From: Octopus sinensis
Taxonomy: Eukaryota
Assembly (NCBI RefSeq): GCF_006345805.1
Contig: NC_043020.1
Span: forward strand, 15,562,001-15,626,000
Length of the DNA stretch: 64,000 nucleotides
Direction of reading: 5' to 3'
A model generated the notes under the pieces. The model was not told the DNA's origin, made no database searches, and saw only the letters and a list, made by a program, of their open reading frames with translations. The position numbers and the translations under genes were made by a program. This document shows, in pieces, positions 38,343-52,457 of the stretch (position 1 is the stretch's first letter; every line of letters begins with the position of its first letter).

Positions 38343-39888
38343 GCAAAGGTGAATATCCAATGTCTTGGTGTGAACTGAGGGATATTTGTTAGTCATTTCT
38401 GATATATCTATGCACTTCATTATGTAGCAGGCTTTTGTTGGTGTTTAGTTTCTGGTCAACCCACACAAAGCAAATTAATCATCAAAGGTGTTCCATTTGA
38501 AGACATTCATTCCACCTTTCTAAGGGAATCTTTAGGATTACAGAATCCTGTGTGTCCTTTCTTTGTGTAAGATTTTAGAAGGTAACTTGACTGCTATTTC
38601 TAGCATGTTATGTGACAGAAAGGCTGCCTCAAAGTAATATGTATGGGAGGAAGGATGGAAGTTCATTTCACTATATTTAAGTGACTGGTTTTTCATTATC
38701 ATCATCATCATTGCTTAACATGTTTTCCATACTGGCATGGGTTGGACAGTTTAACGGAAGCTGACAAACCAGAGAGACTGCACCAAGCTCTAATGTCTGC
38801 TTTGACATGGTCTATGACTGGATGCCCTTCCTAACGCCAACCACTTCACATAGTATACAGGGTGCTTTTTATGTGGTGCTGGTGCAAACGAGGTCACCAA
38901 GTAACTTGTAAGACAAGACCCCTCAACTGAAGTAGGGTGTAGTATTGAGGAAGGCTGTTTTATACAAGGGGATGACTGACCTTGACCCCTGTTCAAAAGA
39001 AATTTCTAAATTTCTTCCCCCTCACATGGCTGATGTTACTACATTACAAATCCCCCATTAGTCTACATAACTAAATTCTCTAACATAAAGCTTCCCTGTC
39101 TTGGTGTTTTTGAATGGTACCGAGACAACTTCTCTTGGTTAATTGCCTCTTAACAATTATCAATTATGCAATTATTAATAATTGTAATCATTAATTATTG
39201 CATTTGAGCAAAGGCCACAATTAGCAAATTTAGTAGTATAATTATAGTGATATAAGGACATAAATCTTATTACTGGCTAATTCTTATTGGATACAGAAGA
39301 AATATGAAAATAAAACCCTAATTAGTTTTAGTAGAATTTACTTACATTCCTATTGTTGCATTTTTTTCTTAATTTTCTCTTAATTAGCGAAATTCTCCAG
39401 AGGGCATTTACCTTGAATTGCATTGAACTTCAACTAGCAACACTCAGGAATATGGTCACAACAACATTAGTAGCTTTTGAACTTCAACTAATGCTCTCAG
39501 AAATAAGGTCATGCTAACACTAACTACTTTAGATACTGCTGTTGGATTAACATTATATTAAGAAGACTAAATGGTGGTGATGGTGGTGGTGGTGGGCAGA
39601 TGGGGGAGAGATGAGGAAAACAACTCTGAATCATGTTAAGATATTCCTTGATGTGATTCAGCAAATTTGGTCAGAGAGGAAGCAACCAAATAATCAGTGA
39701 AGTAACGAGAAATTCCTTTAATTTAAATATAAATTAAAACTAAAATTAATAATAATATGATAATAATAATAATGATGATAATAATAATGATATAATAATA
39801 ATAATGATGATAATAATAATAATGATAATAATAATAATATAATGATAATAATAATAATGATAATAATAATAATAATATAATAATAATA

Positions 39889-39919
<31 letters not shown>

Positions 39920-39973
39920 AATAATAATAATAATATAATAATAATAATAGTAACACCACCACCAACAATATAT

Positions 39974-40042
<69 letters not shown>

Positions 40043-41502
40043 ATGTGTGTGTGTGTACATATATGAATGTATGTATGTATGTGTATATATATGTATATCA
40101 TATATTGGATGCAACCTTAAATAGTGAGGAAATTAATAATGTCTAATTTGTAACGAAAGCATTAGCAAATTCTTTGGTCTGTGGACTGACAGTAGCACCA
40201 AGAAACTCTGGGAGAAACTGCAAAAGAACGTGGGTGTTATCTCATTTCGCAGATATCTTGTTCAGCAGAAAGACGCTTCTATGATTTCTGCGATTTTTCC
40301 TCTATATTTCACTGTTTCTCATTCTCTTCTGCTTCTGTAAAGCATTTTTGGGGATTAAAATTTACTGGGAGTGGGAGTAAGGCAGGAGAGAAAACAATTT
40401 ATATATTTATAATTATCCACTGCATGCTATTTCTTGTCGCTGGTAGTGGCGGCAGTGGTGGGTTTTATTTCTCAAACAAAGAATTCCTTATGTGAAAAGA
40501 CATCTTAGTTATGCTGATTAGCTTCAACTTGATTATTATTATTGTTGTTGTTGTTGCTGTGGTTGTGGTTGGTTGGGTTGTTGTTGTTGTTGTTGGTGTA
40601 CCACCTTACGAGTGCGCTTTTCATCAGTGGGAAAGAAACAGGAAAAATACGATGAAATTTAATCAATTCGAATGCAGCCCCCTCAAACAAAGATATTTCT
40701 TAATGATTTTTGGTTTCACAGTCAACCAGATAATACCACAACTGCCATTACCATCAAAACCACAACCACCACCACCACCAGAACCATCACCAACAACAAT
40801 GTTAACACAGCCACTATGACTGATAATGATAGTTTCTGACAGTGGTAGAAGGCCAAAAAATGAGGAGGGGGCGAGCAGTTAGTCGATTAAAATGACTTCA
40901 GTACATAACTGGTATTCAATTTTATTGATCCCTGAAGGGTAAAAGACAAAACTGATCCTCAGCAGGATTTGAACCCAGAATGTCAAGACATTCTCATTGA
41001 CACTTTAATGATTCTGCCAGTGTATCATTCTAACAACAACGACAACAGCAATAATAATGGTTTAAAATTTTAGCACAAGGCCAGAAATTTTGAGGGAAGG
41101 GGTAAGTTAGCTACATTGACCCCAGTAATTGATTGGTACTTATTTTATTGATCCAGAAAGGATGAAAGGCAAAGTCGACCCTGGCAGCATTTGAACTTAG
41201 AATGTAAAGACAGATGAAACTCTAAGCATTTTGCTTGGCATGCTAATGATTCTGCCAGCATGCCACCTTAATAATAATAATGATCCTTTCTACAATAGGC
41301 ACAAGGCCTAACATTTTGGCGAAGGGGGGTAAGTCGATTACATTGAACCCCAACGTTCAACTGGTACTTATTTTATCAACCTCAGAAGGATTAAAGGCAA
41401 AGTTAGCCATGGCAGAATTTGAACAAGGAATTTGAAGATGGACAAAATGACACTAAGCTTTGCACTCAGGGTGCTAACAATTCTGCCAGCTTGCCAATAA
41501 TG

Positions 41503-41551
<49 letters not shown>

Positions 41552-41562
41552 TAATAATAATC

Positions 41563-42118
41563 ATAATTGCCCTGATGCAGTACCAGGCAGTGGCTCTCAT
41601 GGCTTCTGATCTTAAATGATTGGAAGTGTTTTCATGTACATTGTTTTGTCCTGGTATAAAAGATGGGCTACAGCAAATATTGTGCTCAATACCACAAATT
41701 TGCTTGTCAGTTATTTGACCTTAAACAGTTGACCATGTCCCTTAGTGGCTGACGATATGTACATCTCTGATCATGAGTAGAAGTAGTGGGGGAGCATCAT
41801 AGCCATGTGTTGAGAGGGATTCTTTGGGGTTTGAATAATTCACCTCTGGAAACATGGTTGTTTCGTTCAACATCCTTAAACAACCCTTATTCAGGGACCT
41901 TTTGAGTGGGATGGGTTACTCGACCAGAAGAAAATTCTAACTGGGCCTCACCTGCAAGGTCATGTGCAGTTTATCTTGATATAAGATCACCATGTTGCGC
42001 ACATATCGTTCTGATGCATGTGCCTAGTGTACCTAATGGGTAGTCATGATGGGTATACTGGGCTTCGTATATTTTACCCCAGTGTCACTTTGATGGCATG
42101 CACTGCTCTCTCACTCAA
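41563..42118 (+). mobile_element. Dispersed-repeat-like segment ending in (AAT)n, probably a non-LTR 3'UTR fragment
   Basis: Complex non-coding sequence bounded by TAA microsatellite on both sides. Family not assignable from the window. Confidence 0.4.
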
Positions 42119-42149
<31 letters not shown>

Positions 42150-42616
42150 GATGATAATTAAATAGGCGTAGGAGTGGCTGTGTGGTAAGTAGCTTGCTTA
42201 CGAACCACATGGTTCCGGGTTCAGTCCCACTGCGTGGCACCTTGGGCAAGTGTCTTCTACTATAGTCTCGGGCCGACCAAAGCCTTGTGAGTGGATTTGG
42301 TAGACGGAAACTGAAAGAAGCCCGTCGTATATATACATATATATATATATATATGTATGTGTGCATGTATGTTTGTGTGTCTGTATTTGTCCAACTAGCA
42401 TTGCTTGACAACGATGCTGGTGTGTTTACGTCCCCGTAACTTAACGGTTTGGCAAAAGAGACCGATAGAATAAGTACTGGGCTTACAAAAGAATAAGTCC
42501 CAGGGTCGAGTTGCTCGATTAAAGGCGGTGCTCCAGCATGGCCGCAATCAAATGACTGAAACAAGTAAAAGAGTAAAAAGAGAGAATAATAATAATAACA
42601 ATAATAATAATAATAA

Positions 42617-43671
42617 ATGACTCGATGCTAAAGCTCGTTGAAAAACCATGGGAGATGTAAGAAGCTTCATTCTGTTATGAAAGAGAGCAGAGAATTTGCT
42701 AGTGAGTTTATGCATAATACCCAGGTTGAACAGCCTGAGGGAAGTGCAGCAACTGCAGTTGCAAAGAAGGTAAAATCAATAGCAAGGCAAAATGCGTTTG
42801 AACAATTGGCTGATAGGTAGAAACAAAAACCTCTGCATGGCAATTATGTGGCCTGTAGCAAACAAGCTGATGTAGACCAGAAACACACCCATCAGTGGCT
42901 GCGGAGCTCAAGGCTAAAGGTAGACAGTGAAGGTTTTATCTTGGCAGTTCAAGATCAGAGCTTATTGACCTGGAATTATCAAGTCAATGTGATGAAAAAA
43001 GGAGTAGACTCTAAATGCCAATACTGCAATGATGGGATTGAAATGGTGGACCACTTAATCTCTGGGTGTAAGGTTTTAGCACCAGTAGAATGCAAATCAA
43101 GGCATGACAGAGTTGACCAATATCTACATTGGATAATGAGCCGGCATTATAAAATCAAAACTGTTGACAAATGGTACAAGCACCACGCTGAGGCTGTAAC
43201 TGAGGGAGAAAATGTAACTATTCTTTGGGACTTCCCAGTACGTATAGATAGGACCATCAAAGCGAATAAACCAGATAATGTTGTGGAAGTCCAAAACAAA
43301 GTTTGTTTATTGATTGCATATCTTGGAAAAAGAATTTGATAAGCTCAGAAAATATAAAGATTTGCTAATTGAAATTGAAGAGATGTGGCATCTCAAGATG
43401 GTTACAAAACCAGTGATTGTAGGAGTACTTGCAATGATCAGAATAGGGAGTGAAAATTATTTGAGAATGATCCCTGGCTTACCATCCATGCAAGAAGTGC
43501 AAAAGATTGTCTTAACTGGTACGTAATACGTACTGAAAAAAGCATCGTCGTTTTGAATTTTCATTCCTTTTTTCTCCTTTATTTTATTTACTTTTTCTCA
43601 ATCACATAGGTTTGTAAATGAACAATCTAGTGTATTTATTTTAATGGCCTACAAATGTATACAGTATACAT

Positions 43672-43673
<2 letters not shown>
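42617..43673 (+). mobile_element. Degraded, frameshifted R4/Dong-like LINE fragment in (TAA)n
   Basis: ORFs 42848-43339 and 43314-43526 carry a CCHC knuckle (CQYC..DHLISGC), RHD, ILWDFPV..ANKPD and KYKDL. TAA repeats at both ends. Confidence 0.85.
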
Positions 43674-43735
<62 letters not shown>

Positions 43736-44100
43736 GACTATAATAATAATAATAATAAAGAGGAGGAGGAGACCCCCTTCGGTCAGGAATGACCATGGGA
43801 TTACACCTAGAAAGTTCCCCTCCGAGGCACAAGTCCAGGCAAGGTTGTTTATGGAAAGCCAGCAGTCACTCATGCATACCAGCCTCCTCTCTCCATACCA
43901 CTGATGTTATCCAAGGCTGATACAGCTTGGCACTAGTGATGTCACGGCTCATTTCTACAGCTGAGTTAACTGAAATAGAGTGTCTTGCTCAAGAACACAA
44001 CACACAGCCTGGTCAAGGAATCGAACTCACAACCTCGCGATCGTGAGCTCTACGCTCTAACCACTGAGCTATGCACCTTCAATAATAATAATAATGATAA

Positions 44101-44470
44101 CTAGCACTATGACCTGGCGTTGCCGGGTCATAGTGCTAGTGCATGTATATACATCTGCTTGCATGCGCACATACACGCGAGTACTGTCCAAATCTCCGAC
44201 CAATCACATATAGCTAGCTGGCATTCAATTGGTGTATCAAGTTTCAGGCATTTTGATTGGGTTTGGAATAGAAAATTCACAAAAAAGGCACTTCTATTGA
44301 TTTTTTAATCCCTTTGTGGGGTGACTGGGGAAATGTAAAGATGTGCACGACCACCCTTGGACAGTTTTGAATGACTATAGAAAGTGCGAACCCTCTAACT
44401 GAAAAATTGTGGATTTGTATAAAAGACACACACACAGACATTTTGCCATTTATATATATAGAGATAGAGA
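44101..44470 (-). mobile_element. Non-autonomous Helitron, 370 bp, inserted in (TAA)n
   Basis: A|TC at 44470 and CTAG|T at 44101. Same 5' motif and GGCAACGCC hairpin loop as 60522-61667. Confidence 0.82.
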
Positions 44471-44509
44471 TATAATAATAATAATAATAATAATAATAAA
44501 ATAATAATA

Positions 44510-44557
<48 letters not shown>

Positions 44558-44922
44558 GACTATAATAATAATAATAATAAAGAGGAGGAGGAGACCCCCT
44601 TCGGTCAGGAATGACCATGGGATTACACCTAGAAAGTTCCCCTCCGAGGCACAAGTCCAGGCAAGGTTGTTTATGGAAAGCCAGCAGTCACTCATGCATA
44701 CCAGCCTCCTCTCTCCATACCACTGATGTTATCCAAGGCTGATACAGCTTGGCACTAGTGATGTCACGGCTCATTTCTACAGCTGAGTTAACTGAAATAG
44801 AGTGTCTTGCTCAAGAACACAACACACAGCCTGGTCAAGGAATCGAACTCACAACCTCGCGATCGTGAGCTCTACGCTCTAACCACTGAGCTATGCACCT
44901 TCAATAATAATAATAATGATAA

Positions 44923-45288
44923 CTAGCACTATGACCTGGCGTTGCCGGTCATAGTGCTAGTGCATGTATATACATCTGCTTGCATGCGCACATACACGCA
45001 AGTACTGTCCAATCTCCGACCAATCACATATAGCTAGCTGGCATTCAATTGGTGTATCAAGTTTCAGGCATTTTGATTGGGTTTGGAATAGAAAATTCAC
45101 AAAAAGGCACTTCTATTGATTTTTTAATCCCTTTGTGGGGTGACTGGGGAAATGTAAAGATGTGCACGACCACCCTTGGACAGTTTTGAATGACTATAGA
45201 AAGTGCGAACCCTCTAACTGAAAAATTGTGGATTTGTATAAAAGACACACACACAGACATTTTGCCATTTATATATATAGAGATAGAG

Positions 45289-45289
<1 letters not shown>
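44923..45289 (-). mobile_element. Duplicate of the 370-bp Helitron
   Basis: Part of the 822-bp tandem duplication. Confidence 0.8.
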
Positions 45290-45335
<46 letters not shown>

Positions 45336-46427
45336 CCATTCTACTAAAGGCACAAAGCCTGAAATTTTGTGGATGGGGATTAGTCGATTACATTGACCCC
45401 AGTGTTCAGCTGGTACTGAATTTACTGACCCGCTAAAGGATGAAAGGCAAAGTTGACCTCAGTAGAATTTGAACTCAGAAAACAGAACTCAGGGGAAATG
45501 CTGCTAAGTATTTTGATTAGAATTCTAAAAATGGATTGTTATATGTTTTTTTTGTTTACACTCATCAATTTATTTTTTGTGAGTTTACAGTTTAAAACCA
45601 AATATAAAAGACTTAAGAGGATACAGAGTACTTATTATTCTTTTCATCCTTTCTCTCGTTATTCTTTATGTGTCATTGAATATATCAGTGAATCAATAGA
45701 AACATTGATCTACCAAATTAGGAGATTTAAAAAACTGTTTTCTCTTATTAACCCTTTAAGCATTCAGATTACTCTGTCAAACGTAATACTCATTTATTCA
45801 CACCGTTTTCATTTAATCATGCATTATCTTGTAGCTTCAGGCTTTTGATGATATCTTTTATCTTTCACTTGTTTCAGTCATTAGACTGCGACCATGCTGG
45901 GGCACTGCAGTGATGAAATTTTTTATTTTTTAGTCAAACAAAACAAATCAACCCCAGGACTTAACTTTTTTCATAAAGCTGGGTACTTATTGTCAAATGG
46001 TGGTGCAGGGGACAAACACAGATACAAAGACACACACACACAGACATATATACACACACAGCAGGCTTCCTTCAGTTTCCATCTACCAAATCCACTCACA
46101 AGACTTTGGTTGGCCTGAGGCTATAGTAAAAGACACTTGCTCAAGGTGTCACATAGTGGGACTGAACCCGGAACCATGTGGTTAGGAAGCAAGCTTCTTA
46201 CCACACAGCCACTGGGTATTTTATTTTCTGAGATCAGATCAAGCTGGATGAATATAAGCTTTCATGCTTTTAGTAGAGAGAAAATAAAATACCAGTTATG
46301 TGCCAAAATTTATTGTATTAATAATACTGGTTTTCAGTTTTAGCACAAGGCTTGCGATTTTGGGGGATGAAATATTTGTTTTCATTGACTCCATGCTTAA
46401 CTGGTACATATTTTATTGACCCCAATC

Positions 46428-47604
46428 TATAAAGTGCCTTTACATGGTTGCTTACCTAGCTAGAAACAACAGCTAAATCACCCTAAAATGAAACCCACTT
46501 ACTGCCATAGCATTTATCAAATATGTTCTTATTGACATTCACTCCTCTGACACTGGAAGCCTACACCATTAGCTGAGCCCTAAAACACCTGTTGCATACC
46601 ATTAAGAGGTTAGCGTTAGGACATAGGGTGGGAATTCAGAATGCAAAAAGCCAGCAGAGATTACTGTACAAAACATCTTCTTGTCCAATATTCTACCAAT
46701 TCCTTTTCTCCACCAGCCTGGACTGCTTCTTTGCTTAATGACTTCCATCTTAATTTATTTCAATGGTAGGCCTAAAATCCCAACCAATATATAAAGTGCC
46801 TTTACATGGTTGCTTACCCAGCTAGAAACAACAGCTAAATCACCCTAAGATGAAACCCACTTACTGCCATAGCATTTATCAAATATGTTCTTATTGACAT
46901 TCACTCATCTGACACTGGAAGCCTACACCATTAGCTGAGCCCTAAAACACCTGTTGCATACCATTAACCCTTTCGTTACTGTATTTATTTTGGGATGCTC
47001 TGTGTTTCTCTCAATTATTTTAGATATAACAAAGAATTTTGTAAAATAACTTCGTTATCGTTAAGCTGGTGTTAGGAACATAAAGTGTGACTAAGGTTTA
47101 GTGGAAGATTTTAATTCAAACCTTATGAAAACAAGACATTTATACTAAAGAGCCAGAGGTGGTTTCAGGTGGGTTGGTATCAAAATGGTTAAGACGGGAA
47201 GAAGTAGCAGAGGCTTAAGGTGTCTTCATACTTATGTATCATTCATTTTTACATCTGTTTTAACACTTTTGTTACCATGTTTCTGTTGAGATGCTCTGTG
47301 TTTCTTTCAATTAACTTTAAATATAACAAAGAATTTAGTAAAATAACTTAGTTACCATTAAGCTAGTGTTAGGAACATAAAGTGTGACTAAGGTTTGGTG
47401 GAAGATTTTAATTCAAAACTTATGAAAACAAGACATTTGTACTCAGAGCCAGAGGCAGTTTCAGCTGGGTTGGTAACGAAAGGGTTAAGGGGTTAGCGTT
47501 AGGAGAAAGTACAGTACAAAACATCTTCTTGTCCAATATTCTAGCAATTTCATATCTTCATCAGCCTGGACTGCTTCTTTGCTTAATGATTCCATCTTAA
47601 TTTA
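46428..47604. repeat. Local direct duplication (offset 362 bp); second copy interrupted by the composite MITE
   Basis: 46428-46605 vs 46790-46967 differ at ~3 positions. Sequence after TTAA resumes at 47485. Confidence 0.9.
46968..47484 (+). mobile_element. Composite MITE-spacer-MITE (46968-47188, 67-bp spacer, 47264-47484)
   Basis: Both MITEs are TTAA-bounded. An empty-site paralog is at 46602-46605. Confidence 0.85.
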
Positions 47605-47679
47605 CCATGATTGTCAGTCAGAATGATGATGACCATCTAGACATCCTTAAGGATGAATGATAACTTGTGGGGTGAATTT

Positions 47680-48262
47680 GTTTAAATATGGTTTCTGATT
47701 ACAAATATCTTGGGTCATACATATCATCATCTGGAAAAGACTTTCTAACTAGAAAGGGTATGGCCTGGTCAGCCTGTAATGACATGCATAAGATCTGGTC
47801 ATCAAATATAAGTAGAGACTTCAAACTTGAAATCTTCAAAGCCACAGTCGAACCAATTCTACTATATGGCTCAGAAACCTGGACATTATCAAAGAAGCTT
47901 GAGAGGCGGTTGGATGGAACCTACACTCACCTCCTTATGAGAGCTCAAAATCTCTCATGGAAGCGTCATCCAACCAAAATGCCAAATATGGGAAACTACC
48001 ACCTGTGTCATCTCTTGTGAAAGGTAAGAGAGTCCAGTTTGCTGGACATTGTTGTAGAGCTGAAAAAGAGGTAATTTCTACTCTTTTCCTCTGGAAGCCA
48101 TCTACCCGCAATACCAGAGGGCACACACTCTCCTACCCTGATGTAATCTCCAGGGATACAGGCATCCAGCAACAGGACCTCCGTAATGCCATGATGGACC
48201 GTGAAGTCTGGCGTAGCATGGTAAATTCCATTGTCTCAACCACGGTCGTACAATGATGATGA
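47680..48262 (+). mobile_element. Second RTE-clade LINE family, 3' fragment with frameshift and (TGA)n tail
   Basis: YKYLGSYI..LLYGSETWTL..RVQFAGHC..DREVWRSMVNSIVSTTVVQ*. Confidence 0.88.
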
Positions 48263-48484
48263 ATTGTTTAAAGTGAAGAAGAGTTGCACACCATCAGCCT
48301 TGCTTTCTCACTTGTGACCATCTCTAATCCAGTGGCAAGATCTGATCAAGATAATTGGGGACAGAGACATTATGATCATCATTGTTTAATGTGCGTTTTC
48401 CTGCTGGCATGGGTTGGACGGTTTGACTGAGGTCTGGAAAGCCAGCAGCTGCACCAAGCTCCAATCTGATCTGGCAATGTTTCT

Positions 48485-48714
48485 TATTTCTTTACTGCTC
48501 ACAAGGGGCTAAACATAGAGGGGACAAACAAGGACAGACAAATGGATTAAGTCGATTACATCGACCCCAGTGCGTAACTGGTACTTAATTTATTGACCCC
48601 GAAAGGATGAAAGGCAAAGTCAACCTCGGTAGAATTTGAACTCAGAACACAGCAGCGGATAAAATATAACAAAGCATTTCGTCCAGTGTGCTAACGTTTC
48701 TGCTAGCTTGATGC
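48485..48714 (-). mobile_element. SINE B with a 19-bp target-site duplication, inside an RTE 3'UTR
   Basis: ctgatctggcaatgtttct at 48466-48484 and 48715-48733. Confidence 0.9.
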
Positions 48715-49271
48715 CTGATCTGGCAATGTTTCTGAAGCTGGAGGCCCTTCCTAATGACAACCACTCTGAGAATGTAGTGGGTGCTTTTTACATGCCACCA
48801 GTACGACAGCCAATCAGGGGGCACTGGCATCGGCCATGTTTGGATGGTGCTTTTTACATGCCACTGGCGTGTCTCAGGTGGCGTGTCTGAGCTGGATGCA
48901 GTAAATGATCAAGATGCGTTATTTGCCTCACCTTGCTCTTTAGACTCAACAATGCTTTGCTGCAGCTGCCTGCTTGCCTGCCTGCCTGTCTGTCTGTCTA
49001 TCTATCTATCTATATAGCTGAGCACTTTGTTAGTTACAATAACAAGTGAATCAGTTGATCCGATCAACAGAACAGCCTGCTCATGAAATTAATGTGCAAG
49101 TGGCTGAGCACTCCACAGACATGCACACCCTTAATGCAGTTCTCAGGGAGATTCAGCAAGGTACACAGAATGTGACAAGGCTGGCCCTCTTGAACTCCAG
49201 GAACAAGTCATTTACGCCAGGATATATGTGGGTACGTCTCTTTGTGTTTGTAATTGTCAGCTACCAGTACC

Positions 49272-49491
49272 TATTTCTTTACTACCCACAAGGGGCTAAA
49301 CACAGAGAGGACAAACAAGGACAGACAAACGGATTAAATCGATTATATCGACCCCAGTGCGTAACTGGTACTTAATTTATCGACCCCGAAAGGATGAAGG
49401 GCAAAGTTGACCTCGGCAAAATCTGAACTCAGAACGTAACGGCAGACAAAATACGGCTACGCATTTCGCCCGGCGTGCTAACGATTCTGCC
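49272..49491 (-). mobile_element. SINE B with a 17-bp target-site duplication (1 mismatch)
   Basis: tgtcagc(t/c)accagtacc at 49255-49271 and 49492-49508. Confidence 0.88.
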
Positions 49492-50033
49492 TGTCAGCCA
49501 CCAGTACCACATAACAACTGGGGTTGATTTATTTGACTAAAAACCATTTAAGGTGGTGCCCCAGCATGGCTGCAGTCCAAAGAATGAAACAAGTAAAAGA
49601 TGATAGATACAAATTTGTAAGAATTGATTATTGACCGCGGTTCTTTGGCCAATATTTGGTGTTTATATCTTTGAACTGTCACTGTTTTGTTCCAGGAATG
49701 GAAGTCGTTCCCGGCTATACATAAAATATGCAAAGATATTTAAATCAAATCTTATATCTTACAACAACAACAAGAACGACCCAGTATTATCAATGATTAC
49801 TTAGTTGATTGCTTGAAGAAAATTGTCTACTATAGATATACAAACTTGTACAGGTGCACAAACATGTATTCATACCAACACACACACACGTATATATACA
49901 TGTGTAAATGCACACCAATTTTCTTTTATATATATGCAACTATTTGCATATACATATTTGATACAGAAAATTGTCTGCCAAGGATGTATATGTACATCAG
50001 TGTATATCTGTGTGTGCATGTATACACCATATA

Positions 50034-50089
<56 letters not shown>

Positions 50090-50694
50090 ATATATATACT
50101 CACACACACATAATTGTACACATGTTACACACAAATTGTTATACACATATATTACACACACACATGCACACAAATATATATAGTTATACATATATGTATA
50201 TATGTGTGTATATATAGTCACACACACATAATTATATACATGTTACACACACATAGTTATACTCATATATATATGTGTGTGTATATATACTCACACACAT
50301 AATTATACACATGTTACACACACAGTTATACACATATTACACACACACACGCGCACACACAAATATATATAGTTATACATATATATATATATATATTATA
50401 TATATATGTGTGTGTGTGTATATATACTCACACACACATAATTGTACACATGTTACACACACATAGTTATACACATATTACACACACATGCACATGCACA
50501 CAAATATATACAGTTATACATATACACACACATATATACATAGACACATTTATATATGTTTGTGTGTGCGTGTACATGTGCGTATCCATTTTATACAGAA
50601 AATTGTCTGGTATACATGCATAGCAAAATCAATGAGAGAAAAGCTGATTTGCAATCATAACACTCCTCAATGTTTACACACACACACACACACA

Positions 50695-50740
<46 letters not shown>

Positions 50741-51861
50741 CACACTTTAACACGTACTTTTTCGTTCTATAAATAAAACAAAGTTATAACAAAAATGAAA
50801 GAAAAAAAACTATGGAAAAAGAAAATATTTTTTTCTATTAATTAATTAAAACAATGAAATATTAAATAATCAATCAAAAATAAGCATTATAAACATAAGA
50901 CAATATTATGAAACAAAAAAAAAAACTAAAGATAAAATAGACGTGTAAAATTAATTTTATTGTTAAATTAAATATGTGCGTGCATGTATGTGTGTGTGCG
51001 CATGGGTACTCTTACTCTTTTACTTGTTTCAGTCATTTGACTGCGGCCATGCTGGAGCACTGCCTTTAGTCGAGCAAATCGACCCCGGGACTTATTCTTT
51101 GTAAGCCCAGTACTTATTCTATTGGTCTCTTTTGCCGAACCGCTAAGTGATGGGGACGTAAACACACCAGCATCGGTTGTCAAGCAAGTTGGGGAACAAC
51201 ACACACACACACATATATATTATATATACATATATACGACAGGCTTCTTTCAGTTTCCGTCTACCAAATCCACTCACAAGGCATTGGTCGTCCCGGGGCT
51301 ATAGCAGAAGACACTTGCCCAAGATGCCACGCAGTGGGTACTGAACCCGGAACCATGTGATTGGTTAACAAACTACTTACCACACAGCCACTCCTGCGCC
51401 TATGTGTGTATTATTTTATCTTTTTACTTGTTTCAATCATTGGACTGCAGCCATCCTTGGCTGCCACTTTGAAAAGTTAGTCAAAGAAATTACCTTGAAT
51501 AATTATGTTTTTAATGCTTGGTACTTGTTTTATCAAACTCACTTGTCTGACTGCTAAGTTACAGGGAATAAACAAACCAATACCAGTTGTCAAGCAGTGT
51601 TGGGGGACAAACACAAAGACACGCACACACACACATTGGGCTTCTTTTAGTTTCCATCTTTCAAATCCATTCACAATGCTTCGGTGGACCCAAGGCTACA
51701 GTGCAAGACACTTGCGCATGGTGTCACACAGTGGAACTGAACCCAGGGACATGTGAATGGGAAGCAAACTTCTTCGCGCACAGCCATGCGTGCACCAATA
51801 AAAATATTTTGCCTGGCTGAGAAGCAAATACATACATAAATATATACATGTATAAAATATT

Positions 51862-51929
<68 letters not shown>

Positions 51930-51931
51930 TC

Positions 51932-51971
<40 letters not shown>

Positions 51972-52285
51972 CATATATATAATATATATAATATATATAT
52001 ATATAATATATATACACATATATATATATATATACATAACATATATAATATATACACATATATATATATATATATATATATATTATACATATATATATTA
52101 CATATATATATATATATATACATATATAAATATATATATATATACATATATTATATATATATATATACATATAAAATATATATATACATATATATATATA
52201 TATAATATATAATATATATACATATATATATATATACATATATAAATATATATATACATATATAAATATATATATACATATATAA

Positions 52286-52316
<31 letters not shown>

Positions 52317-52457
52317 CATATATAAATATCTATACATATATAAATATATATATACATATATACATAATATATATACATATATAAATATATACAATATAAT
52401 ATAACATATATATCTACATATATAAATATATACATATATATATACATATATAAATAT

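Larger units (their letters stand above)
43680..45315. repeat. 822-bp near-identical tandem duplication bounded by (TAA)n
   Basis: gactataataat at 43736 and 44558; ctagcactatg at 44101 and 44923. Confidence 0.95.

Noticed and set aside
40140-40340. CpG-containing stretch with a 66-codon plus frame and a minus-strand acceptor-like site
   Set aside because: No recognisable homology or consistent splice pair; could be regulatory or a decayed transposon, but unsupported.
49611-49714. Minus-strand candidate exon (A)GNDFHSWNKTVTVQRYKHQILAKEPRSIINSYKF as the upstream CPOX exon
   Set aside because: Phase-compatible, but the donor is weak (GTATCT), it abuts a SINE tail and it lacks the expected FMAxPxT motif. 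Unresolved without RNA data.
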